The notes beneath the pieces are model-generated. The model was not told the DNA's origin, did no database searches, and saw only the letters and a list, made by a program, of their open reading frames with translations. The position numbers and the translations under genes were made by a program. From the NCBI GenBank assembly GCA_004022145.1, contig RCNU01000004.1: a DNA stretch of 64,000 bases, one strand, 5' to 3'. Shown here piece after piece: positions 38,064-50,643 of this stretch (within the stretch, counting starts at the first letter, position 1; every line of letters begins with the position of its first letter). This stretch comes from Paecilomyces variotii (Eukaryota).

Positions 38064-39698
38064 ATGTTGCTCACATTGAAGCCGCCTAGTCAGAACGGGA
38101 TCAAAGGCCCCCATGAATACTCCATCGTCCGGCAGTCCATTCCTACCTCACGGATCTCCTCCACTCCCCCAGCTGCTGAGCGCACAACTCCGCCTGCGTC
38201 AGCGAAACGGGCACCAGAACGGACTATGGACACGGCGCGCAGAGGACTTCCTCCTCCGTCGTCGATGACCCTTCCTCCTCCGGACGCGGGTCTGCCTGCC
38301 ATGGCTCCTATGGGTCAACTGCCTCCGCCTCCGCCCCAATGGCAAAATGCGGACGATTCGATGCGCAATTGGCTTCAATCAAAGGCAGAAGAGGATCGCA
38401 GAAGGCAGGAGGAGGAAAGGACGCGGCAGGAGAGCATCAGGCTGGAGCAGCGCAAAATCGAGCAAAGTATATTGCGAGAATCCGTCCAGGCTGGAGTGCC
38501 ACCGCATTTGATTCCACTGATATTTACTGGCATCGCTGGAGGAGGCACGTCAAACGCGACATTGGAATTGATCCAGCACTTTATTGCTCAAACGACTGCT
38601 CAAACACAGGCACTGCAACCATCACAGCTTCCGCCAACTCAGCCGCCGCCGACGCTGCCTCCACCGCCCCCTGCGGTGCAACCCGCACATCAATCGCCTC
38701 TCCAACCAGAGGTCCGTCGGGATAACCGAACTATCCCTCCTAATCCATATGGCGCGCAGGCGGTTGCCAGTCTCTCGCAGCAAACCGTGCCGGTATCGCC
38801 TCCACAGCACCTATACGGCCATGGTCGTTCATTGCAGGGCCCCCCAGCTGATACCCGAACCCAACCGACATCAAGTCTCTCACGCCTTAACACAGCTGAA
38901 ATGCACATCCACCCTCCTCCCGCAAACATGGGGGCAGCACAGTATCCGCCAGGTCCTCCTCAACTTCCGCCAGTTTCGGTAAAGCAGGAATCGCAGCAGC
39001 AACAAGCGTCGCCGTCCATATATTTCCACCATTGGGTACCTCCGGGTCACTCGCAGCCAAACACGCCATCAGGGAGAAGTACACAAGACTCTTCTCCTTA
39101 CTCATCACACCCACAGTCGCATCTCCGTTCGGAATATCAGAATTCTCCAGGGAGGAAGCGAAAAGCCCAGGGAGCTCATCAGCCGGCACCCGCACCTTCT
39201 TCTCGCGCGGCTGAGTTGTCTCCAGCGATATCGCACAGGTCGTCTCCTAGACAAACAACTCCCGGGAGCACCAGCCGCCGGTCAGGTTCAGCCGGTCATC
39301 TGCGACAACGAAGTGATGGTCCTGCAACGCATGAATCGCGTTATCGGGAGTTGCGCGAAGCCGAAGAGAGAGCACCAGCTCCTAGATCGACTCCCCCAAC
39401 CGGAGGGTCAAGTATCAATGCTGGAGTGGAGCGGAGAGACCAAAGGCACGAGAGCTCTGGGGCTTCTACTGAGGTGATTGAAACGGAAAGACGCGGGGAC
39501 CGTGAAAGTGAAACCCAGCAATCTCGTTATCCGGAGATCCATCATCGCGAGCAGCCGTCCAATTCCTACTCGTCTTATTCCCATCCCCGAGAGGCTGGTG
39601 TGTCTACTGAGCCACCAACCACGACTTCAGCGCCTGCTCCGGAGAACCGACCTCCTGAACCACCTCAAAGCACCATGGGACCACCTTCCACGAGGTGA
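38064..39698 (+). CDS. Pro/Gln/Ser-rich uncharacterised protein with a short coiled coil
   Basis: 544-aa intronless ORF with ordered islands WLQSKAEEDRRRQEEERTRQESIRLEQRKIEQ, AGVPPHLIPLIF and SPSIYFHHWVPP, plus an NLS-like RKRK. Confidence 0.8.
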   Translation: MLLTLKPPSQNGIKGPHEYSIVRQSIPTSRISSTPPAAERTTPPASAKRAPERTMDTARRGLPPPSSMTLPPPDAGLPAMAPMGQLPPPPPQWQNADDSMRNWLQSKAEEDRRRQEEERTRQESIRLEQRKIEQSILRESVQAGVPPHLIPLIFTGIAGGGTSNATLELIQHFIAQTTAQTQALQPSQLPPTQPPPTLPPPPPAVQPAHQSPLQPEVRRDNRTIPPNPYGAQAVASLSQQTVPVSPPQHLYGHGRSLQGPPADTRTQPTSSLSRLNTAEMHIHPPPANMGAAQYPPGPPQLPPVSVKQESQQQQASPSIYFHHWVPPGHSQPNTPSGRSTQDSSPYSSHPQSHLRSEYQNSPGRKRKAQGAHQPAPAPSSRAAELSPAISHRSSPRQTTPGSTSRRSGSAGHLRQRSDGPATHESRYRELREAEERAPAPRSTPPTGGSSINAGVERRDQRHESSGASTEVIETERRGDRESETQQSRYPEIHHREQPSNSYSSYSHPREAGVSTEPPTTTSAPAPENRPPEPPQSTMGPPSTR

Positions 39699-42600
39699 CA
39701 TTGACTTCTCTTCGTTACTTTTGTTTTAACAGTCAGATTTGTCTCTTCCGCCTCACCTGTTGCATTTCTGATAGGCTCTGAAAACTCTGTTTCCTTCGCA
39801 TAGATGAGTATATGACACCCCTTTCCCCTAGACATTTGATGGAAGATAGAAAATGGGCATGATGGCGCTGTTTGAGCGTGTGATGTGATATTCTCTGTCA
39901 GCGGTCTCGTCCGGGCGGCTTTCGTTTGTCTTTCCTTATTTGTGATCTACTCTTGGGTGGAAGCTTTGCATAGACATGCTCATTTTCCTTTTTAGTCATG
40001 GTATCCACACATCATCGGCTGGATCGATGCATTTACATGTCTATATCAGATTGACGCTTCTCTTTTCTTTTCTCAATGTAAGAAGTTCAATATCTGGACA
40101 CGAGAGTGCTCAGTGAACAGATGTATGAGACGATATTACTTGTTCCACGTAGACACAGTATCAATAACAAAGCTCAATATTGCAACTGAGCGCGGGGCAG
40201 CAACCGTAAAGCCTTGCATGGCTGTTCAACTAACGCAGAATTTAGTAAGGTACCGTGATGAGTATGCATTATCATTATTTCCGAAGCCCTCGCAGCATAT
40301 CAAAGTGCACACACGGAGAGACGTCATGTCCTTTATGTTAATCGTTTCAACCGATATTCCTCAGCCCCGAACCAGGGAGGAGTCCAGACGAGAGGTGCAT
40401 TTCTCCAACCTTGCCAGGTCTTCTGATGTCTCAATTCTCGCTCGAGAGCGCGCGATCGTCGACTTCGCTCTTTATTGTTGCGAGCCTGCTTCCTTTCCTC
40501 GGGCGTCTTTCGAGAGAGGAGTTTTTTAAAAAATCCCATTTCGTTTCGTTCGTTATCAGATACTCTGTTTCTGTGATCTGCGTTGGTGGGGGGGTTGTTG
40601 TTAACTTTTTCGAGATCTGATTTATGGATGAATGAGGTTGAGGGGAGACTAAGTAGGTAGGTACCTGGTTTTTTTTTTTTATCTTTTAGTGGATATCACT
40701 TTATGCAATCGGATAGGATGGGTAGATAAATCTATAGAATAGATGACACTCTCACCGGGAGCTAGACATATAAAAGGTCATACATTCTTTTCCCCCCTTT
40801 ATGAAGCTGAAATGGGTGATATATACCCCACACTGCACTGCCAGGTGATCTGCATATACTTAACGCATGAGGCTGGCGGCGGGTTGTGCTCCTCGTTGAA
40901 CGTCTTTTCGATGCGGACGCTTGAAATGCAAGGCTGTTTCGAGGGAAGATCATGAAGTAGATAGTCATGAGAGTGCGATATTGTCCCAGACGAGAGTTAT
41001 TAAAATGCCCTGCCTGCTGATGAGGGGATGATCACGAGATGCGGTCGGTTAAGTAAGTAGCTTTTGGCCCCCAACCGAGCTGAGCCTCAGTGTTGAATGT
41101 GAGTGTAGATTATTTGTCTGTGATGTAATTAGTCAATCAATAACGAACAGCTTCTGGTCTGGAAAGATTTGATTCGGTTAGGTATAAGTGTTTTTTCTAG
41201 TTTATGGGTTGATTTAAGGGGGGAAAGTACGACGAGATAAGTATGTAGATGTTGGTGAGATTGACTGTTGGACATGATGCGCGTAGATTTCCAGCAGAAC
41301 AACACGGACAAATTCCGTAGGAAGTATTCGATGCCTTAAGACCGTGGTGCCTAACTTCGCCTATGAAAAGTACTTAGAGTATTGAGCCCGTAAATACTGA
41401 AGTTCCCAATTAGGCTAACAATAAACATGTCTAATCAACAAACAGTTACTTTGCAAAACTATGACTTCAATCTATTACCCGAAGAATATGATTTAGAGAT
41501 GCTAATCACCCCGCAAGAGGCCGGAAATGGATCACATCAGATAAATCATGCGATGTATGAGGGCTATCAACGGAGCCTGCCAGGCCCAGGTTAACAGCCG
41601 GTAAGCATTCCGTGCGACTCGATAAGAAAGAGAACCTCCCTTGAAGTATATAGCTTGCGCGTTGGCTCCAGTTACTAATTGATCTTCATGTATATGCCTC
41701 CCTTGATAATGAGACTGCTATACCATACCCTACCGAAGCCTCAGAACCCCTGTGCCCGGCACGCAGTCAGAGATCGCTGCGCCGGTCCGATTTCTCTGTT
41801 GACGCTTACAGCACAGATCCACTTTACGGTACGTGGGTAAATAAAGCCGTCAGAAATGTGATACTCTGCAATATCAAGACCCAAAGATTCTTGATGTCAT
41901 GCAAAATGTCCGTGCTGTGCCGCCGCTGCCGCCCTTTACATATTATATTACACGTCCCCTCGCCATGATGTGAGCGTTACTTGTGTAACCGCCAAGTTCC
42001 CTTGCATCGGGGAATATCACTCTGCGAGTACGAACATAAACCACATGGGAGAGAGTGGGGGTGGTGGCTTTGCTGTCTCAAATCCCCGAGATTATGTTGA
42101 CAGCTGTGACTGTGCGAATGCAGTTATGCAATAAGCCTAGAACACAGGGAACCAGCGAAATTTTCTGTGATACAACATCGGGGACGCCGATGGTAATGTG
42201 CAATTGGGCATTGATATGGCATGTAAAAGAAGTTTGTTATTGTGTGAATGCTGAGACTCGTTGCCAGCTGGATCTAGATCTAGAGGATCTCTTTTAAGGT
42301 TTTGGATTCTACTCTAGATTCAGTATTGAGTTCTGGCTTGTCCTGTAGTTGCCAGTAGCGGAACTGCAGCAGGCGCAAGAGATATATCCCGAGGGATGGG
42401 AGTGGGCTCTTAACCTTTCATAAGCTTGTGTCAAAAACGTATGTGGCTTATCTGCGACAGGTTCGATTCAGAAACTACGTATTCCTAGCTAATAATCCTA
42501 TAGTCTTCGAATTTGTCTCTGGCCAGTGAACTGGCATATACGTCATAAAAAAAATATCAAGAGAACAATAATGTACTGTACAATTTCATTAGGTTCTAAA

Positions 42601-42707
42601 ATTAACCTCGTTGAGGGGGTATTATATGCGAACATATATGGTATGCTCATGGAAATAACAACGAAGAAAAGTCAAGGGTATGTTCAAAGGACGCACAAAA
42701 GCGCAAT

Positions 42708-44881
42708 TTATGCTTTTGTTTCTGCGTTGTTCTGGCCTGACGTAGCCTCAGGGACAGCAGATCCATGAGTAGGTTCGTCTTCACTCGTATCATTTTCGCT
42801 TACAGCTTTCGCCTTTTCTTCAGATCTGACACTCTTCCACTCAAGGAAGAGCGTTGAGACAAAGGCAGCTCCGGCTGTGACAATGCATGCGATCAGGACT
42901 TTCTGGACGGCGCCGTTGTAAATTCCAATGAGAGCTGGAAGAGCGCGCGGAGGTACCGTAGAGCGGAATCGTGTAGCACCGGCTGCGATGACTTTGGCGA
43001 TATCGACTCCAGGGAGCTTGTTCGACTTAGCAGCTCTGATTATCTCACCGTTGAGAATCGTGTTTCCAACCGATACGAAGACGGCGCCTCCTAAACTCTG
43101 AAAGCAGGTCACAGCAGCAGTCGCAATAGGCACCTGGTCTATGCGAAGTACTCGCTGAACAGCAATGAAGCCTTGCTGGACAGCCATGCCCAGTCCAGCT
43201 GAGGCAAGGATCTCATATCCGACCCATTTGGCCGTAGACGTGTGAGGTTGCAAAGTACTCAACAGGCCGCAACCAACTGTCGCTATTGCGCAACCAAGAA
43301 TAGCTGGTGGCGCAAAGTATCCGGTCACTGTAACGACAACACCGGTGATAATTCCGATAATTGCATTTGCCAAGGTGTAAGCAAGCATGTCAACACCCGA
43401 GGAAGTGGCAGATGCTCCTTTGATAGCCTGGAACCAGATGGGAAGGAAATATGCGTGCATGAGCATAGTGGCATAAATGCAGAATGCCGCGGCGCAACTG
43501 GCCAAGACACTGCGTTGCAGCAGGATGCTTGGAACCATCAGAGCGCGGTCTTGCATGTACCATTGCCATCCCAAAAACAAGACGAGTGAGACTCCAAAAC
43601 CAGTTAGCAGACCAATGATCATCGGGTCAGACCACGGAATGCCCTCGTCATTGTATTGTAGAGCCAGGAAGAGCATGATGAAGGTGCCCAGAAGTAGCAC
43701 ATTTCCGACAAGGTCGAGCTGCAAAATCCGTCGCCAGACCGGTAATTTCTGGGACGGGCGTTTGGTGGCTTTGAAAAAGAAGAAAATCGCGACCAAGGTA
43801 ACACCGCCAACGGGCAGGTTGAAGTAAAAACTACAAGTTGTTAGAATGCCTAGCAAATCTCAGAAATTTGGGGACCAAACTTACCACCAGCGCCAGGTTA
43901 CCAGCCCCGTGAAAACACCACCTAGAAGTGGACCGACTGCGGCACCGATTCCAAACCTGTCGTCATATTAGAAGCTGCTGCTACTACTTGGACGCGGTGT
44001 ACTCACATCATTCCCACCGCAGCAGTGTATAGAGGCCGCTTATCCAACGGCACACAATGGGCCACAACAATGAAAGACCCCGTCAAGATACCAGCGCTGC
44101 CCCATCCTGCAATTGCTCTTCCCACGATCAGCGCGGGCGAGTTTGGCGCAACAGCGCATACTAAGCTTCCCAGCTCAAAGAAAACGAGAGATTGAAGAAA
44201 GGTCCATTTTATATCGAAAAGAGTGTATATGCGTCCGTAGGTGGGCTGCAGAGCACATGCTGCTAGCAGATATGCAGACCCGTACCAGCCTACGGAGCTT
44301 GTCGAGTTGAAATCATTGGTGATTTGGGGGATGGCCTGCGATAAAAGATCGAGTGAGTTATAAGTCATTAAAGCATCAGGATGAATGTTTCATACCGTTG
44401 TGACGATTGTTCGGTCCAAGGAAACGAGAAAGACTGAAAGACAGATGCCGATAGTGATCAAACCAAGCGCCAGAGGGCCTGGATACTCTTCTCTCCGCTT
44501 CTCATTGCCCACCTCTTCTTCAGTCTCCTGAGGCGCGACACCTCGTTCCAGGTCACTGTTGCCAGCAGGCTCCCTCTGTTCCTTCGACGCAACAGGCATC
44601 AAGGTGGGTGTAGAGGATGTCCTGTTGTCTACTACTTCTTTGACTAGCTCATCGATCTTGGAGTCCCGTCTGGAATGGCCCTCGGGCTTGGGCGTGGAGG
44701 GACCTAGCACAGAGTCTCTCTTCGAGGCGTTCTCAACTTCGGTCAAGGCGTCGTCAAACTGTCCCTCCTCCCACTCGCACTCTGTATGCTCCTCGACCGC
44801 TGTCAGGTACTCCGGAGACTGTGACACCCGCCCATCATCTAGGATGCGTTCTGTGCTGGTGACAGCCCCACCAGATACCAT
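42708..44881 (-). CDS. MFS toxin/secondary-metabolite efflux pump, DHA2 (GliA/AflT-like)
   Basis: CLSVFLVSLDRTIVTT|AIPQITNDF...WYGSAYLL...YGRIYTLF...GRAIAGWGSAG...GPLLGGVFTGLVTWRW|FYFNLPVGG...FLPIWFQAIKG; three introns. Confidence 0.92.
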
Positions 44882-47050
44882 GATGAGGTCCTTCCTCTGC
44901 GGGTTATTATATTACCAATGCTGAGGAGCAAACAAGAGCAGAAAGAACCAGAAAAACAAAATCAAAGAGGTTGGTACAGCTCATCCAGCAGTGGAGTACG
45001 GGAAAAGAAAAGGCACGAGGGACTGAATATGAGTTCACCCGGATCGAGGGGCATATACAAAGTGGGAAGTATAGGGCTACGCGAGGAGCAGACAAGATGG
45101 CAGGGAATACGATACCCTGCCGACAGCTCTCATTATTGGAAATTGGATTGGACTTTTTTTGGGGGACGGCGCAGATCCAGGACAAGCATTGCCGCTGGAG
45201 GAGCAGGTTCGTATAACCGTGAATGTTACAGACCACCCAGGGATGCAATACTGGCTCCCCACGACGCACCCGAAAGGGCTACGCAATAAAGCCATGACGA
45301 AGCAGGCAGCCAGGCAAGCCGTGGAAAACTATTTACAGCTAGAGCTAGGCGACCCTCACATCACCACATCACGGTCCCAGCTGTAAGCTCCAGAATCTCC
45401 ACAACCTTTTGATATCGCTGCAAGGGAATGACAAATCCGACAGTTCGGGGTTTTTCCTGCATCAGCTTTCCGATCATGGATTTCCTTTTAGGTGTGTGGA
45501 GGTATCAATAATCAATACTGGTACTTGACCTGGCGAGCGTGGCTTTCGCGAACCAACGGGTGGCTTAAAAAAGAAAAGAGCTAGGGACCATGATCCACCG
45601 TAGGCGTGTGCGAACTAGGAACGGTGGAGCTGTCCGAATATCCGGATATACAACAGGTCTAAAATTTAGCCATGAGGAAACAGGGAATCTCGATGGAGCA
45701 TTTCGTCGGGAGTCCACTTCCACGGCAGCGAGTTGCTATCGTGATAACCTCGGACACTCCGAATCTGGGGCTTGATGAGGACCATGGAAAAGGTGGACGG
45801 GCAAGGGTTGTACTCCATACGACAGCGATATCAGATTGCCAAGTGTGGCATTCTGGGGGTGTTGACGAGATCCGGGGAGGGAAGAAGGGCCAATTAGTGG
45901 CAGGGAGAAATGCAAGGCTGAGAGGAGGTCGAGATAAGGCACAAAACAAAAGTTCCCATTGTTCGCTGACCATACCAATACAGGACCGTATTGTACCGCC
46001 ACCGTCACATCGTTACAACCATCCGAGATCTTACCCGGTCCCTGACTAAGGGTAATTAATTAAGTTAGTTGAACTAGTGAACTAGTTTACAATGAATTAT
46101 CAACCAACTGACTTGCGTATTGTGTTGGTATTGATCTACACAACCACCGCGTGCTTGCTGTCATTCCCCCTCTCTTCGATCCATTGTTCCCCATCGGCAC
46201 CCCGTCTGTCGGGCCCGCTCTCGTCCAGTCGCTACAAATGACCGGTGTCGGTATCAGATCCGGGAACACTGACTTGGCTATGATCTCAGTGTTGTTCATG
46301 GTTATTTTGTTCTACTGTATACCAAAGTTATTGCTTATCGCAGAGTTGACATGGCAAAGCCCGATTGATGCAAACTCGCGACGCCCATCCCGTATACACG
46401 GGCCAAATATAGCTAGGCTAAAGCGTAGTCATGCAAGGTATTCGAGAAAATGAGGACATCCTAATCTTTCGCGTTATCAGAGAGGGTGGACGATATCTGG
46501 GGGGGCACCATACGAGCAAGAACTTCCCGTGTAATCATCCTTTTTTTCTCTCTCTCCTCCTCGAAGTCAGATCAGAGTCAGGGACTTGCCCACGCTCCAC
46601 GGGAAGGGATGTGGATACAACAACTGTGCCTTGATCGACTTCATTGGCGTCCAAAAGGATTACCTAGTACTGTACACTTGAAGTAATCGACCGAATTAGA
46701 TGGTCTGGATCTAGACACCCTCGACCCGCGTGCTGACGCCGGAGATTCCGTTTGGCATGTCATCCCTATGGGTTGTGGGCCAAGGATTGTGAATGTCTCA
46801 GTGATGTATGCTGCTCCGCTCATCATATCGTTCTTGTCGCCTTGTTCGATAACCGTGGAAAAAAGGGACCTTTTGAGAAAGTCCCTCAGCTAGAAAAATT
46901 CAAGAAGGGTACCTGATAATAATAATAAGTTCTCCACGGGGTAAAAATCGGGACCCTTAATCCTCTTTGTTCGTCGTTTCGTTCTTTTTCAGTAATGCTT
47001 GTGCATTAGAGACTTGGCTCTCATACACTGGCAGTATACAGGAGCTCATC

Positions 47051-48283
47051 ATGTCGCTCATCTCGGAGCCCGTCGTGAATCTGGGCGCGTTGTTTGAGAT
47101 ATCATTTTTATTGAAGTTGACACTTATTGTGGTCATTCTGAGCAACTTCAAATGTCTTCCATTGGTGTGGCATGTAAGTATTTTTCTGTTTTCTATTCGG
47201 CTCAGAGCCACGCATGTTGTTATGAGATCAAAAAAAAAAAAGTCATATCTCTAACTTATTCTCTAGATCCGCCTCCTTAGAGGCTTTCGATTCGTGTTAC
47301 GCTCGAACAGATACAAGAAAGAACCAGGCCCAGCACAGCTCTTTCAACCTCTCATCATATCGTCCGGTGGCTCCTTGATGGAGATGGACTACAATTTGCA
47401 CAGTGAGTCACCGAACTGATCATCGAGTCAACTACTATCTGAACCTATAATTAACCGCCCTTTCACAGAGTCTAACAGCACATACTTTGCCGACCTCGAC
47501 GTGGCCCGATGCCACCTGATGTGCACTCTCTTCAATCGCGGTGTGGACTATGCGCGCAACACCAAGTCTCTCGACTTTCTAGGCAGCTCAGACGGCATGG
47601 TCGGACTCGCGCTGGGGGCCGTCAGCTGCACATTCCGTCGCGAAGTGAAGCCATGTCAGCGCTACGAGATCTGGTCGCGCGTCCTGACCTGGGACCAGAA
47701 ATGGATGTACATCGTGACGCATTTTGTCCGGAAAGACGCGATCAAGCCGCGCTCCTTCACCCTGCTGCCTGGCCAGGTGCGCCGCCGACAGGGAAAGCTC
47801 AAGGACCTCGCCAAGAAAGAGGATGCGATCTTCGCCTCGTCACTGAGCAAGTGTGTCTGGAAGAAAGGTCGGCGAACGATCCCCCCCGAGCTTATGCTGC
47901 AGGCTTCCGGACTCTTGCCCCCTAGGGCCGATCAGGAGGACTTCTTTGCCTCGTTGCGCGAAGAACCACTCTCTAAGCTCAAGCTCTCGCGCCAAGCAGA
48001 GGAGGTGTACGACATCCCGTTCAAGATTGCGGAGAAGATCGAGTCGACGTGGGATGCGCTCACGGACTACTTTTCCCCAGAGTCCGAGGACTCGGAGGGC
48101 GGCTTCTCTGCCGGTCCCAAGGAGATGCGCAAACAGGCGGAAGATGAGTGGACGTGGGATCGGGTCGAGCGTGAGCGACAACGGGGTATGGAGATCGCAA
48201 AGTCTCTCGCCGAACTAGATCGGCTCGACGGCGAGTTCACCGCTGAGGCCGATGCGTTGGGGTTGCGTCGGGATCTATGGTGA
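47051..48283 (+). CDS. Hotdog-fold thioesterase, THEM6/LcsJ-like, with an N-terminal membrane anchor
   Basis: Exons about 47051-47173, 47267-47402, 47468-48283. Hydrophobic N-terminus ending NFKCLPLVWH; EMDYNLH|KSNSTYFADLDVAR; LGAVSCTFRREVKP...WSRVLTWDQKWMYIVTHFV. Confidence 0.82.
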
Positions 48284-48979
48284 TATATCACGCGCAAAAA
48301 AAAAGACATTATTAATTCCAGTCGAAACTTTACTCTCCTCCCTCCCCTGTCTTCGCCTTGACCTGTCTATTCCAGACTGTTTGATCGAAGAAAGGACCGA
48401 AGAGGAGGGGCGGTATTTTTTTTGGTTCTTGTGGTCTCTATCTTTTTCTGTTTTCTTTTCTTTTCTTTTCTTTTTCTTTTTAGATTTCCTTTTCGGGGCT
48501 ATTTCTTCATGATTCCCATGATTAGTATAGTATGTATGGTGTAGTCACGGATCGTCTAATGTGAATGATTAATTCGATCTGCATCGCTACCTAATAAAAC
48601 GCATTGACCTCCATCTAGAGTAAATAACTAGTTAGTTAGTTCGTAGTCCCTGCGCCTCTGCTGAATCTATTATGCTTAAATGTGAAGATCACGCAGACTT
48701 TAAGTCAAAGCCAAAAGCCATAAGTTAACAATGATCATCTCGAGATCGCTCCCTCCTGCATCCAGATCGCCGCTTACCCGAGCGCACGGATGATTATCGA
48801 TGCATATGTATGTAGGGCTTTGAAAATCATAACTATATTATTAATACCTAATATAGTTCCCCAAAATTTCCCCCTAAAATTATACTATACTACTCCTTAT
48901 CCCCGCAGCGAAGCGATAAGGTAATGCCTAATTTAAGCGAGAGATAGAATATTAGGTATTATTAGTATTCGACAAATAG

Positions 48980-49566
48980 TATCTGTGACTTATAGCTTAT
49001 CTACTCCCTTTAATTGTGGGTGAGCCCTCCTAGTTTTTCACTTCTTACCAGTTTTTTACTTGTACCTTTTATATAGGAATATTAATAAAAGGTATATAAA
49101 GCAAAAAAAGAATATATCTAATTATCTCAATATTTTGTTAGGGGACCCCTTTATTTTAATTGATAATATTAAAATATTATTACTAAATAACTTATATTTA
49201 AATTTTTAAAAAGCTTTAATAAAAAATAAGTGATATATTATTATTTAAAGATTTCTCACTAAATATTTTTTATATGGGGAAAATAAAAAAAGCAAATATT
49301 TATTTTAATAATCAAGATTTTAATTTTAAATTAAAAGTATAGGTTATTATATTATAATATTTCAATACTATTAATTAAAATAAAGGGGTTCCTTAATAAA
49401 TTGTTGAGATAATTAAATATATTCTATTTTTTGCCTTATATACCTTTTATATAGTATTCCTATATAAAAGATACCTAAAAATTTTAGTAAAAATCCGGTA
49501 GAAAATAAAAAACCAAGGGGGCTTATTTATAATTAAAGGGAGTAGGTAAGCTATAAGTTATAGATA
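48980..49566. mobile_element. Non-autonomous fold-back/MITE-like element, copy 1, with ~200-250-bp inverted arms
   Basis: Left tatctgtgacttatagcttatctactccctttaatt...ggggacccctttattttaatt pairs with right aattaaaataaaggggttcc...aattaaagggagtaggtaagctataagttatagata. No ORF. Confidence 0.7.
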
Positions 49567-50056
49567 ATTTATCTTACTATTAAACTAACAAGATTTAGAA
49601 TTATTAGCTAGTTAACTAAGCCATATAGGGGCTGTATAATTAAGAGCCGAGCCTTATAGATGAGTCAGATAAGATAGGCAAATTAATTGCTAACTAATTA
49701 AGATTTAATATTAGGTATAGATCCCAGCAATGCTAAGTTTATATCTTATATCCTGTCAGATTAAGAAATATACCTAATTAGTTAATTAATATTACTACCA
49801 GAGCATAAACTGCAGCTAGTTTTAAGGAGATAGTTTAATTCTAAATACTATTTATTCTTGCATCTCCAATATGCAGCTATACAATGCGTATTAGTAGTAC
49901 TATATATAACTATATTATTAATACCTAATATAGTTCCCTAAAATTTCCCCCCAAAATTATATTATATTACTCCTCATCCCCGCAGTAAAGTGATAAGGTA
50001 ATGCTTAATTTGAGTAAGAGATAGAATATTAGGTATTATTAGTATTCGACAAATAA

Positions 50057-50643
50057 TATCTGTGACTTATAGCTTACCTATTCTTTTTAATTATAAATAA
50101 GCCCCCCCGGTTTTTTACTTCCTATTAGTTTTTTATTTGTACCTTTTATATAAGAATACTAATAAAAGGTATATAAAGTGAAAAAAAAATATATCTAATT
50201 ATCTTAATATTTTATTAGGGGACCCCTTTATTTTAATTAATAATATTAAAATATTATTGCTAAATAACTTATATTTAAATTTTTAAAAAGCTCTAATAAA
50301 AAATAAGTGATATATTATTATTTAAAGATTTCTCACCAAATATTTTTTATATGGGGAAAATAAAAAAAGCAAATATTTACTTTAATAATCAAGATTTTAA
50401 TTTCAAATTAAAAGTATAGGTTATTATATTATAATATTTTAATACTATTAATTAAAATAAAGGGATTCCTTAATAAATTATTGAGATAATTAAATATGTT
50501 CTATTTTTTACCTTATGTACCTTTTATATAGTGTTCCTATATAAAAGGTACCTAAAAATTTTAATAAAAATCTAGTAAGAAGTAAAAAACTGGGAGGGCT
50601 TATCTATAATTAAAGGGAGTAGGTAAGCTATAAGTTATAAATA
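50057..50643. mobile_element. Non-autonomous fold-back/MITE-like element, copy 2
   Basis: Same inverted-arm structure offset by 1077 bp, with independent transitions. Confidence 0.7.
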
